Assembly: GCA_051003195.1 (NCBI GenBank)
Contig: JBPCLP010000008.1
Span: 96,001-160,000, forward strand
Direction: 5' to 3'
Origin: Candidatus Sumerlaeaceae bacterium
GTDB taxonomy: Bacteria; Sumerlaeota; Sumerlaeia; Sumerlaeales; Sumerlaeaceae
DNA: 64,000 nucleotides
Positions 20,232 to 30,486 of the stretch are shown here, in pieces (position 1 is the first letter of the stretch; each line of letters opens with the position of its first letter). The position numbers and the translations under genes were made by a program. The notes under the pieces were generated by a model that searched no databases, was not told the origin of the DNA, and saw only the letters and a list, made by a program, of their open reading frames with translations.

Positions 20232-21509
20232 ATGCGTAGTTGGCTCCCACTTCTTTTTTCAGCCTGCCTGGTGTTACCGCTCTCATTTGCAGGCGGCCAG
20301 AGCGTACAAATCGAAAGCAGCAGGCCCGCGACATCACCGGATGGCCGACGCATTGCGGTTGTCGATCGCCTGCTGAAGCTGACCCAGGGCGAGGTCGATC
20401 GTTTTTCAGGGGGGATGGTGCTGCGCGTGAGCAGCGAAGCCAGTTCTTCGGTGCTTCGGCAGCGATATGTGGAGGGGACGCAGGTTCGGTTGCTGCAATC
20501 TCCGGTGTGGCTGGATGCGACCTGGTGCGCCTTTACTTACAATATCGCAAAAAGCGCAAATGGCATCGTTTATCTTAACAGCGATTCGGGTGAGGGTTAT
20601 CAGGTGGAGTTCGTCGCACCGCCCCGTCGGATGGGCGCCACTGGAACGATTGAGCAGGAAGTCACCAGCCTGGACGTGACGATGCTTGGAACGACGGCGA
20701 CTCGGATTCTCAATGTGCCCTACAAGGGCGGTTCTGCATTTCCACTGCGCCTGAGGCCGTTGCCCCGCTTCGAATCAAAGCCATTCGGAAAGGAGTTCCT
20801 CGACCACCTGATTTCTGCATGCGAGGGATACAGGCTCCTTCTTGCCACCAACAACGCGTCTATCATTGAACCTGAACAGGCGACAGAGGCGTTCAGTGCG
20901 GATGAGAAGACGCTGGCTTTGCTGGCATGTGTGGATCACCGACCGGTGCTATGCATTGTTCCGCTTTCTGACGGAGATCCCCGAGTTTTGCCACTCGACG
21001 AGGAGGTCTCGTTGAATTGCATTGTTGCGGCATCGGATGCGGAGCCGCAACCCGGCGATGTCACGGGTTTCTCGCGCTTCACAACTTCGTGGAAAGACGA
21101 AAGCCAGATACTGGTGGAGCGGGAAGTGTTTACGGATGACGATACGTCTCATCGCGAACTTGTCTACACGGCGCATCTGAATGGAAATCTCGTCAAAGCG
21201 CCTCGGCCAAAGCGCCCGGAACCCACCCCGAGCGAGCCGGAGCCCGCCGCCGTCGAAAAGCGCGCTGTCACGCCCGCTGATCCGCAACCGGCAACGACAC
21301 GAACGCGGCCGCTATTGAAGGTGACCACGCGCAAAGCGACGCCGCAGCCCACAGCCGTACCGGCCGAAGATGCACTGGCAACGCCAGAGCCGACCGTTGC
21401 ACCCGTGCCCACAAAGAAAAGCTCCCTGTTTGAGGCAATTCTTCCGAGGTCACGCCCGGCAAGAAGCGTATCCACTCCGCCGCCTGTCAGCCGGACGCCT
21501 TCAGATTGA
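20232..21509 (+). CDS. Secreted hypothetical protein with Pro/Thr-rich C-terminus
   Basis: Signal peptide; SPDGRRIAV and FSADEKTLA (PD40-like); PTPSEP tail. Confidence 0.75.
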   Translation: MRSWLPLLFSACLVLPLSFAGGQSVQIESSRPATSPDGRRIAVVDRLLKLTQGEVDRFSGGMVLRVSSEASSSVLRQRYVEGTQVRLLQSPVWLDATWCAFTYNIAKSANGIVYLNSDSGEGYQVEFVAPPRRMGATGTIEQEVTSLDVTMLGTTATRILNVPYKGGSAFPLRLRPLPRFESKPFGKEFLDHLISACEGYRLLLATNNASIIEPEQATEAFSADEKTLALLACVDHRPVLCIVPLSDGDPRVLPLDEEVSLNCIVAASDAEPQPGDVTGFSRFTTSWKDESQILVEREVFTDDDTSHRELVYTAHLNGNLVKAPRPKRPEPTPSEPEPAAVEKRAVTPADPQPATTRTRPLLKVTTRKATPQPTAVPAEDALATPEPTVAPVPTKKSSLFEAILPRSRPARSVSTPPPVSRTPSD

Positions 21510-21537
21510 ACCAGAACGCCACGGCCGGGCCACTTAC

Positions 21538-22857
21538 GTGAAAATCGCAATTTTTGGCCTGGGCTACGTGGGTACGGTGTGCAGCGCGTGCTTCGCCGCT
21601 GTAGGACACGAAGTGCTTGGCGTCGACGTGAGCCAGGTGAAGGTCGACTTGATCAATGGCGGCCGTTCGCCGATTGTGGAACCTGGCCTCGACGAAGCTA
21701 TGGCGGAAGGTGCGAAGGCGGGGCGGCTTCGCGCCACAAGCAGTGCAGAGGAAGCAGTCGCGTGGGCGGACATTTGCCTGGTGTGTGTGGGGACACCCGC
21801 CCGCGAGAACGGTGCATTGAACCTGGAGCATATCTACGACGTCTGTGCGCAGATCGGCAAAGCACTGAGAAAACGTGCGTCGGACGCGCAAATGCTGGTT
21901 GTGACGATTCGATCGACGGTGCTGCCCGGGACACTCGATGAGTGCCAGCGCATACTGGAGCGGGAATCCGGAGCGGGTGCCGGCGCTCGTTTCGCGGTTG
22001 CCTGCAACCCGGAGTTTCTGCGCGAAGGGAGCGCCCTCAAAGATTTCCGTGATCCTCCCTACACGCTTGTGGGGACCGACAGCGATGAGGCCGCCGCGCG
22101 CCTTCGCGAATTGTATGCGCACCTCCGTGCGCCGTTTCATCACGCGCCGGTATCCGTGGCGGAAATGATCAAATATGTGAACAACTCCTACCATGCTCTG
22201 AAAGTCGCGTTTGCGAACGAGGTTGGCAGCCTGTGCAAAGCCCTCGGTATTGATAGCCATCGTGTGATGGAACTTTTCTGTGCCGATACAAAACTCAATA
22301 TATCGCCGGCGTATTTCCGCCCGGGTTTTGCCTTCGGCGGTTCGTGCCTGCCAAAAGACCTGAGCGCAATTAACCACAAAGCACGTTCTTTGGACGTGTC
22401 GGTTCCAGTGCTCGCGGGGATTCTACCCAGCAATCGCGCGCAACTGCAGCACGGTTATCGCCTCATTAGCGGGCTCGGGAAAAAGAAAGTCGGGTTGCTC
22501 GGGCTGAGCTTCAAGGCGGGCACAGACGATCTTCGTGAAAGTCCGCTCGTCGAACTGGTCGAGCAGCTTATCGGTAAGGGCTACGAGGTACGTATTTACG
22601 ACCGCAATGTGAATCTGGCACGGCTGGTGGGGGCTAACAAGGCATATATCGAGCAGCAGATTCCCCACGTGTCGCAGCTTTTTGTCCAAAGCATGGCCGA
22701 GCTGCTGGACTATGCAGAATGTGTCGTAATCGGGAATAACGATCCTGAGTTCGCGAGTGTCCTGGAGCGTGCGCGTGCGGATCAGCATATCGTCGATTTT
22801 GTGCGCGTGGACCTAAACCGCACAAGTTCCGGCAATTACCACGGCATCTGCTGGTAG
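21538..22857 (+). CDS. GDP-mannose/UDP-glucose 6-dehydrogenase (AlgD-like)
   Basis: GLGYVG, CVGTP, NPEFLREG, FGGSCLPKD, DDLRESP, C-terminal GICW; GTG start at 21538. Confidence 0.92.
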   Translation: MKIAIFGLGYVGTVCSACFAAVGHEVLGVDVSQVKVDLINGGRSPIVEPGLDEAMAEGAKAGRLRATSSAEEAVAWADICLVCVGTPARENGALNLEHIYDVCAQIGKALRKRASDAQMLVVTIRSTVLPGTLDECQRILERESGAGAGARFAVACNPEFLREGSALKDFRDPPYTLVGTDSDEAAARLRELYAHLRAPFHHAPVSVAEMIKYVNNSYHALKVAFANEVGSLCKALGIDSHRVMELFCADTKLNISPAYFRPGFAFGGSCLPKDLSAINHKARSLDVSVPVLAGILPSNRAQLQHGYRLISGLGKKKVGLLGLSFKAGTDDLRESPLVELVEQLIGKGYEVRIYDRNVNLARLVGANKAYIEQQIPHVSQLFVQSMAELLDYAECVVIGNNDPEFASVLERARADQHIVDFVRVDLNRTSSGNYHGICW

Positions 22858-22862
22858 GAACT

Positions 22863-22962
22863 CCAGTGCGGTATACTCTTAATTCGTTGCCAGGTTCTGT
22901 GTGCCGAACGAGCGCAAAAGCACGGCGACACGTGGATATGAATTTCTGGTTCGGCACACTAG
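22863..22962 (+). repeat. ~100-bp element, copy 4 (inside the dehydrogenase-GT4 operon gap)
   Basis: ccagtgcggtatactcttaattcgt...gtgtgccgaac...gttcggcacactag, exactly 100 bp. Confidence 0.8.
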
Positions 22963-22975
22963 TGAGTTTGCCTGC

Positions 22976-24214
22976 ATGAGTAGCCGCGTAAAGCCGCGTC
23001 ATGTCCTGATTATCGTTGAAAACCTGCCGGTGCCATTCGACCGCCGCGTGTGGCTGGAAGCGCAGGCGCTGCGCGATGCCGGTTATGGAGTCAGCGTCAT
23101 CTGCCCGAAGATGAAGGGCTACACCATTTCACGCGAGATGCTCGATGGTATCGAGATCTATCGGCACCCGCTGCCTTACGAAGCGGACCGGCACGCGCTG
23201 GGGTTCCTGGTGGAGTATGGCCTCGCGTTTATGTGGGAACTGTTTCTTACGTGGAAGATATTCCTGACGCGTGGAATTGACATCATTCATGCCTGCAATC
23301 CGCCGGATAACATCTTCCTGGTCGCGCTGACCCTGCGGCCCTTCGGGGTAAAGTTCGTCTTCGATCAGCATGACATTAACCCCGAGCTCTACATTGCGAA
23401 ATATGGCCGGACGGGACCGCTGTACCATGTCCTGCTTTGGCTGGAGCGAATGACGTTTCGCACAGCGCACATGGTGATTTCGACGAACGAGAGTTACAAA
23501 GAAATCGCGATGCGCCGTGGCGGCAAAACTGCGGATGACGTTCACGTGGTTCGCAGCGCGCCCAACATGGAAAGCTTTCGATCCGTTCGCGCGGATGTAT
23601 CCTTGAAGCGCGGGCGAGAGTACCTGGTTGTGTACCTCGGCGTCATGGGCAAGCAGGAGGGAGTCGATCTTCTACTGCAATCGGTTGACTGCATAGTGCG
23701 CGAGCGCGGCCGCACCGATATTTCGTTCACGCTTGTTGGCAGCGGACCAGAACGTGCGGCCCTGGAAAATCTCGCAGCGCGAATGCAGCTTGGGGATTTC
23801 GTGGAGTTCACAGGGCGCATACCCGACGACGCATTGCTGCGCTACCTTTCCACGGCGGACGTTTGCGTGAACCCGGACCGCGTGAACGAGATGAATGACA
23901 AGAGCACGATGAACAAGATCATGGAATACATGGCGGTGGGTAAGCCGATCGTACAATTTGAAATGAAGGAAGGTCGCTACTCCGCGGAGGGATCGAGCCT
24001 GTACGCGAAACCCAATGATGCGGTAGATTTCGCAGAGAAGATCCTGGAGCTATTGAACGACGCGAATACACGCCTGCGTATGGGTGACTTTGGGCGCAAG
24101 CGGATGGAAGAGGCGCTGGACTGGCGCTTCAGCAAGGCGGCGCTGACCGATGCGTACACAGGATTGCTCTCACCAAACAACAGTGCCGGAGCGGCATTAC
24201 CGCCCCGGCATTAA
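22976..24214 (+). CDS. GT4 family glycosyltransferase
   Basis: ENLPVPFDRRVW, HACNPPD, NKIMEYMAVGKP; start set to ATG 22976 because the longer ORF starts inside the repeat. Confidence 0.9.
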   Translation: MSSRVKPRHVLIIVENLPVPFDRRVWLEAQALRDAGYGVSVICPKMKGYTISREMLDGIEIYRHPLPYEADRHALGFLVEYGLAFMWELFLTWKIFLTRGIDIIHACNPPDNIFLVALTLRPFGVKFVFDQHDINPELYIAKYGRTGPLYHVLLWLERMTFRTAHMVISTNESYKEIAMRRGGKTADDVHVVRSAPNMESFRSVRADVSLKRGREYLVVYLGVMGKQEGVDLLLQSVDCIVRERGRTDISFTLVGSGPERAALENLAARMQLGDFVEFTGRIPDDALLRYLSTADVCVNPDRVNEMNDKSTMNKIMEYMAVGKPIVQFEMKEGRYSAEGSSLYAKPNDAVDFAEKILELLNDANTRLRMGDFGRKRMEEALDWRFSKAALTDAYTGLLSPNNSAGAALPPRH

Positions 24215-24231
24215 AACTGCGGGTTGTTGGG

Positions 24232-25092
24232 CTAGTCGTTTTTCCTGTCGCTGCTTTTTTCGTCCTTTTTCTCGCTGCTCGCTTTGCTGGACGAGTTCTT
24301 TGATTCCGTTCGGATTTTCGTGATTTCTTCAGTTTGGGTGATGGTGTTCACGGGCGCAGTTTCGACTTTCACGATGGCGGGCGCCTGCACTTCCGTCCGT
24401 ACTACCGGCACTGGATCTTTTACGACGACAGGTACCGAACCGGCGGCTACGGGCACCTGCACCTGGCGTGTGACGACGGGCGGTGTGCGAACTTCGTTGG
24501 TTACAATGGTGGTTGGGTTCACTACCGTCGCGGGGCTGGCGACGCTGACGTAGGCGGGATCCTCCCACACGGTTACCGCGGCAGTTACAGTTGGTGCGAC
24601 AGGGTTAGCGCGCAGGTATGTCCGGATACCGTTGATATGCTGGGCAGACAGCAACCTGGACTCCTCGGCGTAGTATTGCTTCACAAGAGCGGCGTCATTT
24701 GCGACGCGTGCGTCGCGTATCTTTATGTCGTAATCGCGCAGCTTGATGATGACGTCGTCGGGAATACCGGCCGCGCGGTAGGCGGCTTCCGCACGTGTTT
24801 CGTAGGTGATGGTTCCGGGCCCGGTGGCCGTCGCCACGCCGAGTCCGGTAGCGGGTGCAGTGACGATGACATTTGCGGCTGGTGCCGGCTGGGTGACCGT
24901 AACGTTCGCGGTGGGTTGCGAACTGGTGACGGTCGCGCTACCCACTGCGGTTGTTGCGGGCTGCACGGTTGTGCTCTGGATGGCGGTCCCGTTGTGGGTT
25001 GTGGTTACGGATTTTTCGGTCGTTACATTCTGGCACACTGCGGCGGTGGTTGTTGCAGTCAGCAGTGCGGCCATTAGTATCCTGTTAATCAT
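24232..25092 (-). CDS. Secreted Thr/Val/Pro-rich protein (paralogue of 14040..14645)
   Basis: Signal peptide, GGGAG RBS, YETRAEAAYRAAG...LRDYD domain. Confidence 0.85.
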   Translation of the reverse strand: MINRILMAALLTATTTAAVCQNVTTEKSVTTTHNGTAIQSTTVQPATTAVGSATVTSSQPTANVTVTQPAPAANVIVTAPATGLGVATATGPGTITYETRAEAAYRAAGIPDDVIIKLRDYDIKIRDARVANDAALVKQYYAEESRLLSAQHINGIRTYLRANPVAPTVTAAVTVWEDPAYVSVASPATVVNPTTIVTNEVRTPPVVTRQVQVPVAAGSVPVVVKDPVPVVRTEVQAPAIVKVETAPVNTITQTEEITKIRTESKNSSSKASSEKKDEKSSDRKND

Positions 25093-25128
25093 GGCAGGCT
25101 CCCTTGCGTTGGTTCTCGCCCTAAAGGG

Positions 25129-25144
25129 AGCAACGTGTGTGCCA
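25129..25144 (-). promoter_or_regulatory. Putative sigma54 promoter
   Basis: Minus strand TGGCACACACGTTGCT, about 36 bp upstream of the ATG. Confidence 0.7.
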
Positions 25145-25256
25145 GCGAGCGCCTGGACGGTGCCAAGACTTTGCTGCGAATACGCTTAGCCGCGGTTAAA
25201 GCGGGGGGAAACTCATTGAATTGCTGCTGTGCCGCAGGCGAAGCAGGAACCCACAC

Positions 25257-26552
25257 GTGTTTACGCGCGCTTTCCATCCGTCTGTTATCATGGCTACGGC
25301 TGCCCTGCTGCTGGGTTGCACCGGCTGCGATAAGAGCAGGAACCCAACGGGACGGAGTGCGAGCGGCGTGACGCTTCATGTGAACGTGGACGGCAGCGGT
25401 AAAGCGTTTCAGCTTACGCAGGAGTTGTCTCTGGATTATGAGCAGCGAACGGGTGTGCGTATTGAATTGATTCGTGGCCCGTCGGACACCACCGAGCGCC
25501 TGTCCCAGTATCTGCAATTTCTCGGGGCAAAATCGCCAGATATTGATTTGTACCAGGTGGATGTTATTTGGCCGGCAATCCTGGCGAACCACCTGCTCGA
25601 TCTGAAGGACGCATTCACGACCGAAACCGAGGCGTTCTTTCCGAGCCAGATCAAGAACGACACAGTCGACGGACGGCTGATTGCGATTCCATGGTATGGC
25701 GACGCGGGGCTATTATACTTCCGCAGCGATTTGCTGGCTAAATACAACCTGTCGCAGCCGCCTCAAACGTGGGACGAGCTTACCACCATGGCGGAGCTCA
25801 TCCAAAAGGGCGAGCGAGCTACAGGCAAAGGAGATTTCTGGGGTTACGTGTGGCAGGGGAAAGCCTACGAAGGGCTGACCTGCAACGCGCTGGAATGGCA
25901 GGCGTCTTCCGGCGGCGGACGAATTGTGGAGGAAGGCCGCCGCATTAATGTGAACAACCCTGGCGCGCGGCGCGCTTTTGAACGGGCAGCCGGATGGGTG
26001 GGCACGATCTCGCCACGCGGGGTGACAACTTACGGCGAGGAAGAGGCCCGACAGATGTTCCAGTCTGGCAACGCGGCGTTCCTGCGCAATTGGCCTTACG
26101 TGTACTCACTGGCGAGCGATAACAAGTCTCCGGTGAAAGGGAAGTTCGGCGCGACCGTTTTGCCGACCGGTGGCACGGGTCACGCCGCGACGCTTGGTGG
26201 CTGGCATCTCGCGGTTTCGAAATATTCGCCGCATCCGCGCGAAGCCACGGAGTTCGTGCGCTTTCTTGCGTCGATCCCGGTGCAGCGCCGCCGCGCGCTT
26301 GAGGCGTCGATGCTTCCCGCGCGGGTCGCATTGTATGATGATCCAGAAATTGCCTCTACAGTGCCACTGCTGCCAACGATGAAGCAGGTCTTTTTGGAGG
26401 CGGTAGCGCGACCATCCGCCGCGGCAGGCGAAGACTACAATGAAGTCAGCACCTACTATTTCCAGGCGGTGCACCAGATTCTCACGGGCGAAAAGACCGC
26501 CGAGCGCGCCTTGGCGGACTTGGACGAGGCATTGCACGAGGTGCTGCGGTGA
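25257..26552 (+). CDS. Carbohydrate ABC substrate-binding lipoprotein (trehalose/maltose ThuE-like)
   Basis: Lipobox LLLGC/TGC; DVIWP, WQGKAYEGLTC, RNWPY, TLGGW; start approximate. Confidence 0.88.
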   Translation: MFTRAFHPSVIMATAALLLGCTGCDKSRNPTGRSASGVTLHVNVDGSGKAFQLTQELSLDYEQRTGVRIELIRGPSDTTERLSQYLQFLGAKSPDIDLYQVDVIWPAILANHLLDLKDAFTTETEAFFPSQIKNDTVDGRLIAIPWYGDAGLLYFRSDLLAKYNLSQPPQTWDELTTMAELIQKGERATGKGDFWGYVWQGKAYEGLTCNALEWQASSGGGRIVEEGRRINVNNPGARRAFERAAGWVGTISPRGVTTYGEEEARQMFQSGNAAFLRNWPYVYSLASDNKSPVKGKFGATVLPTGGTGHAATLGGWHLAVSKYSPHPREATEFVRFLASIPVQRRRALEASMLPARVALYDDPEIASTVPLLPTMKQVFLEAVARPSAAAGEDYNEVSTYYFQAVHQILTGEKTAERALADLDEALHEVLR

Positions 26553-27463
26553 GCGCCAGTCAAGTGAGCCTGCAACGGCGACAGGAACGCACGGGTTGGC
26601 TATTTCTGCTGCCGACGATCGTCATCGTGTTTTGCGTCAGTGTATACCCCCTGCTGCGCACTTTTTACACAAGCCTGACGGACGTTCGCATGGCCAGCGG
26701 CCGCGAACCTGCATTCGTGGGGCTTGGTAATTATACGGATCTTCTCAGTCGCGGATCGTTTTGGGAGGCGGCTCGACACACGGTGATATTCACGTTCTGC
26801 AGCGTGACGCTTGAGATGCTGCTTGGTCTTGGGATCGCGCTCATCGTGCATTCAGGGTTCCGCGGCCGTGGAATTGTCCGCGCGGCGATGCTGGTGCCAT
26901 GGGCTCTGCCCACGGTCGTCTCCGCAAAAATGTGGAACTACATGCTGGTCGACACCTACGGAGTCATTAATGACTTGCTCTACACACGCCTGCATCTGCT
27001 GCCGCACAAGATAGCATGGATGGCAGAGCCGGGGCTGGCGATGGGATCGATCATTGCGGTGGACGTATGGAAGACAACGCCCTTCGTCGTGCTCCTGCTG
27101 CTCGCGGGGCTCCAGCTTATTCCAGCACAAATGTATGAGGCATCGGCAGTCGATGGCGCGAGCCGATGGCAGCAGTTCAGGCGCATCACGCTGCCGCTGT
27201 TGAAGCCGGCGATTCTCGTCGTGCTGATCTTCCGCACGCTTGATGCGCTGCGTGTATTCGATGTGATCTGGGTTCTGACACGCGGGCAGATTGGCACCGA
27301 AAGCCTCGCCACCTATGCCTATCGGCAAATGATCGACTTCAGGAAGCTGGGGTACGGCTCGGCGGTGAGTGTGACCATCTTCGCGCTGATCGCGGTGTTC
27401 GTTGTCATCTACCTGGGGCTGGCAAATGTGATGGGCAATACCGCGGAAAGTGACGATAAGTGA
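26549..27463 (+). CDS. Carbohydrate ABC permease (MalF-like)
   Basis: WKTTPF, EAA-loop YEASAVDGASRWQQF. Confidence 0.92.
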   Translation: MSASQVSLQRRQERTGWLFLLPTIVIVFCVSVYPLLRTFYTSLTDVRMASGREPAFVGLGNYTDLLSRGSFWEAARHTVIFTFCSVTLEMLLGLGIALIVHSGFRGRGIVRAAMLVPWALPTVVSAKMWNYMLVDTYGVINDLLYTRLHLLPHKIAWMAEPGLAMGSIIAVDVWKTTPFVVLLLLAGLQLIPAQMYEASAVDGASRWQQFRRITLPLLKPAILVVLIFRTLDALRVFDVIWVLTRGQIGTESLATYAYRQMIDFRKLGYGSAVSVTIFALIAVFVVIYLGLANVMGNTAESDDK

Positions 27464-28326
27464 CCGGGCGCGCGAGTCATCGCCGGGCAGGACCACGTAC
27501 GCTGCTGGGGCGTTCAGGATTTCTCCTGCTCGTAGTGCTCGTGCTACTCTTTACGCTGTTTCCGTTTTACTGGGCAGTGAACGCGAGCCTGCTTCCCCAG
27601 GCGAAGCTCTTTGCAACGCCAGCGGTGTACGTGCCTGTGCCGCCTACGGTGGAATGGTACGAAAAAGTATGGAAAGACACGGGCTTTGTAAGGGCGCTTC
27701 GAAACTCCGGAATCGTTGCGGTGAGTACGACGGTGCTCGCCCTGAGTGCTGGGGCAATGGCGGCGTACGCCCTCGCGCGTTTTCGGATGCGCGGCCGGCG
27801 GATCACGCTCGGCCTCATCCTCGCCATGACGATGTTTCCGCAGATCAGCGTGCTGGGCGCGATGCACCAGACCATCACGGCGCTGGGGCTCTATAACCGG
27901 TTGGGCGGGCTCGTGCTCAGCTATATGATCCTTACACTGCCGCTGACCGTATGGGTCATGTCGGGATTCTTCGGGTCGTTGCCGCGAGAGCTGGAGGAGA
28001 GCGCGTATGTGGATGGCGCGAGCCCCTTCCAGACATTCTGGAGAATTATGCTGCCCCTGGCCGTGCCGGGCCTGGCGGCGACGGGGCTGCTCGCATTCAT
28101 TGCGGCATGGAACGAGTACCTGTTCGCGCAAAGTTTTACGATTACGGAGAACACGCGAACCGTGCCGGTCGTAATTGCAAACTTCACCGGCGCCACGATT
28201 CACGAAACACCATGGGGTACCATCATGGCAGCATGTGTGGTCGTGACCGTGCCGCTGGTGATCCTGGTGCTCATTTTCCAGAAGCAGATTGTCGACGGGC
28301 TCACTTCCGGGGCGGTGAAGGAATAG
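27460..28326 (+). CDS. Carbohydrate ABC permease (MalG-like)
   Basis: ELEESAYVDGA, AWNEY, GLTSGAVK. Confidence 0.92.
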   Translation: MTGRASHRRAGPRTLLGRSGFLLLVVLVLLFTLFPFYWAVNASLLPQAKLFATPAVYVPVPPTVEWYEKVWKDTGFVRALRNSGIVAVSTTVLALSAGAMAAYALARFRMRGRRITLGLILAMTMFPQISVLGAMHQTITALGLYNRLGGLVLSYMILTLPLTVWVMSGFFGSLPRELEESAYVDGASPFQTFWRIMLPLAVPGLAATGLLAFIAAWNEYLFAQSFTITENTRTVPVVIANFTGATIHETPWGTIMAACVVVTVPLVILVLIFQKQIVDGLTSGAVKE

Positions 28327-28410
28327 TTTCCCCACTGCGCCCTTATATTCCTTGAAGCGGAGCCCCTATCACCTCGTAAGCGATTCCATGCAGAATACGG
28401 AGCTTCTGAA

Positions 28411-29100
28411 ATGACCAGAGAGCACGGCGGGTTTCCAGACGATCCCGAGCACAATGACAGCTTTGAAGACGATGAGGATGACGATGACGAAGTCCTGGAC
28501 CGCGCTCTGCCTGATATAGACCAGCAAATCCGAATCAACGAATTGAAGGAACGCGCGCGCGAACTTGCAGGTGGCGACCTTGTGGAAGGAAAAGCTGATA
28601 CCGACCTGCCGCCTGAGATTGAGGAGCAGTTCTGGCAGCAGGTGGTCGCATTCGAATCGGGCGACTGGGTCAGCGGCTTTGACAAGCTGCTGAGCATCGG
28701 CGTAGACGTTCCAGACCCGGAAGAGCTTAGCGATCTGGAACTGGATGAAAAGCTGCGGGAGATTATCGGCGCAATGGCCTCGATTCGCACCTTCCTGGTG
28801 CATACCGATCACTTGAGTGACCGCGAGCTCTACGAACGGCTGTGGGACGATGTGCTTCATGAGGAAAGCCCCGACATGCCCATGGATAAAAACGGCGCAT
28901 GGATGATCGACCTGGTGAGCAGCGGCAGTGACGAGGACAACGATGCTTATCTGCGTTACTATGCGGATGAGGAATACCGGCAGCGCTGGGCGAACGATTT
29001 TCCTGACGAAGACATCCCGCCCCATGAAATCTTGCCATATAACCGCGATGCCAAACTGCCGCAGCCTCAGGATGGCGACGAATTGGACAGCAGGCCCTGA
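28411..29100 (+). CDS. Highly acidic hypothetical protein
   Basis: 229-aa ORF with GGAG RBS; HTDHLSDRELY...YLRYYAD segments; function unknown. Confidence 0.8.
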   Translation: MTREHGGFPDDPEHNDSFEDDEDDDDEVLDRALPDIDQQIRINELKERARELAGGDLVEGKADTDLPPEIEEQFWQQVVAFESGDWVSGFDKLLSIGVDVPDPEELSDLELDEKLREIIGAMASIRTFLVHTDHLSDRELYERLWDDVLHEESPDMPMDKNGAWMIDLVSSGSDEDNDAYLRYYADEEYRQRWANDFPDEDIPPHEILPYNRDAKLPQPQDGDELDSRP

Positions 29101-29154
29101 CCGAAACGCTTGCAACTGGCGCAACCAGACGTGTCGAATATCGGGACTACGTAA

Positions 29155-30297
29155 ATGAGTGACGACCTGCATGAAAACATCTGCCCGAAATGCGGGCAGA
29201 TTTCCGCGAATTTCGACATGTGTGACACATGCGGAGCGCTGCTGGACCGCTTGCGTGACCAGAATTTTACATACGGCGATAGCAGTGTTCCCAGTCCCGG
29301 GCTGGACCCCAACGCCGGTTATGCTCCGGCGCCCGATTACCAGGAACCGACGTCGAGGCCCTGGCTGACGATCATTGCAGTTGGCATCCTGATAGCGGGA
29401 TGCCTTGCGGGCGGAGTGCTCATTTCAAACAGCCGCGCGCGGGAAAAAGCGCTGGCGCAAAAGGTAGATGCGCCCGCAAAGGAGCCCGACGCGCAGCAGG
29501 ACCAGGGTGAGGCGGCTGAGCCTCAGCCCGCTTCAGCTGCCGTACGAACCCCGGAAGCAAAACCGACGGAAGCTGTCGCCGCTGCTACACCCCTTATCAA
29601 GCCATCGCCCGACCCCGAATCGCCAACGCCTTCGTCTTCGGCAGATTCGGGAGGTAAACCGCGGTCCGTAATGAACTGGCTGAGTTCGATGCAGGCAGCT
29701 GCTTCGCCATCACCTTCCTACAGCTCGACGCCAGCCATGGATACACCGCCAGCTGAGACGGCTACACCGCAACCGGCGCGGGCCACTGCCCGTCCGACGG
29801 CAAAAACCCAGGAGATCAACATCGGTGAAGAAGTCTTCATAAAAGGGAGCCAGCCGACAGACAAGGTTGCGGCCGTCATTGAAAGATTACAGGCCAGCAA
29901 TGCGACCCCGGACCCGACCGCCGCCCCGGTGAAAACTGAAATGGTCAAAATGCCTGTCGTCAACGTCCACCAATCGAACTTTCAATCCGAAGTGCTGGCC
30001 TACAGCGCGACGCCGGTACTGCTTTCCTTCTTCTCACCGAAGGTGCCGGAATCCAACGCGATTGCCCCGGCGGTACTCGCATTATCTCAGCAGAGCACGC
30101 CAAAACTCAAAGTCGGAATCGTGAATGCCGATGAGAGCAAGGGCCTGAAGCAGCGCTATAATATCAGTACACTGCCTACATCGGTGCTGGTAAAGAACGG
30201 CAAGGAAATCACCCGCTTCGTCGGCGACTTACAGGTGCCGGCGGTAAACCAGGCGGTGCAATACTCGTCTGTCAAAAACCTGCCGCACTTCCAGTGA
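29155..30297 (+). CDS. Zinc-ribbon + TM + Pro/Ala linker + thioredoxin-like domain lacking CxxC
   Basis: CPKC..CDTC; single TM; NFQSEVL...PVLLSFFSPKVPES...YNISTLPT...KNGKE. Confidence 0.8.
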   Translation: MSDDLHENICPKCGQISANFDMCDTCGALLDRLRDQNFTYGDSSVPSPGLDPNAGYAPAPDYQEPTSRPWLTIIAVGILIAGCLAGGVLISNSRAREKALAQKVDAPAKEPDAQQDQGEAAEPQPASAAVRTPEAKPTEAVAAATPLIKPSPDPESPTPSSSADSGGKPRSVMNWLSSMQAAASPSPSYSSTPAMDTPPAETATPQPARATARPTAKTQEINIGEEVFIKGSQPTDKVAAVIERLQASNATPDPTAAPVKTEMVKMPVVNVHQSNFQSEVLAYSATPVLLSFFSPKVPESNAIAPAVLALSQQSTPKLKVGIVNADESKGLKQRYNISTLPTSVLVKNGKEITRFVGDLQVPAVNQAVQYSSVKNLPHFQ

Positions 30298-30326
30298 CAA
30301 GCGCCTGAAGAAAGGTTAAGAAGGGG

Positions 30327-30402
30327 TGGTGGAGACGAGGGGGATCGAACCCCTGACCCTCAGACTGCCAGCCTGATGCTCTCCCAGCTGAGCTACGTCC
30401 CC
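30327..30402 (-). tRNA. tRNA-Ala (GGC)
   Basis: GGGGACGTAGCTCAGCTGGGAGAGCATCAGGCTGGCAGTCTGAGGGTCAGGGGTTCGATCCCCCTCGTCTCCACCA; 76 nt, G3:U70, encoded CCA. Confidence 0.97.
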
Positions 30403-30486
30403 ACGTTGTTGGGCGTGCCTATTTACGCGGCAGTTCTTTCAAAATTCAAGGCTGCGCGATACTTTTCCGGAGGCAGAGTGCTGTGA

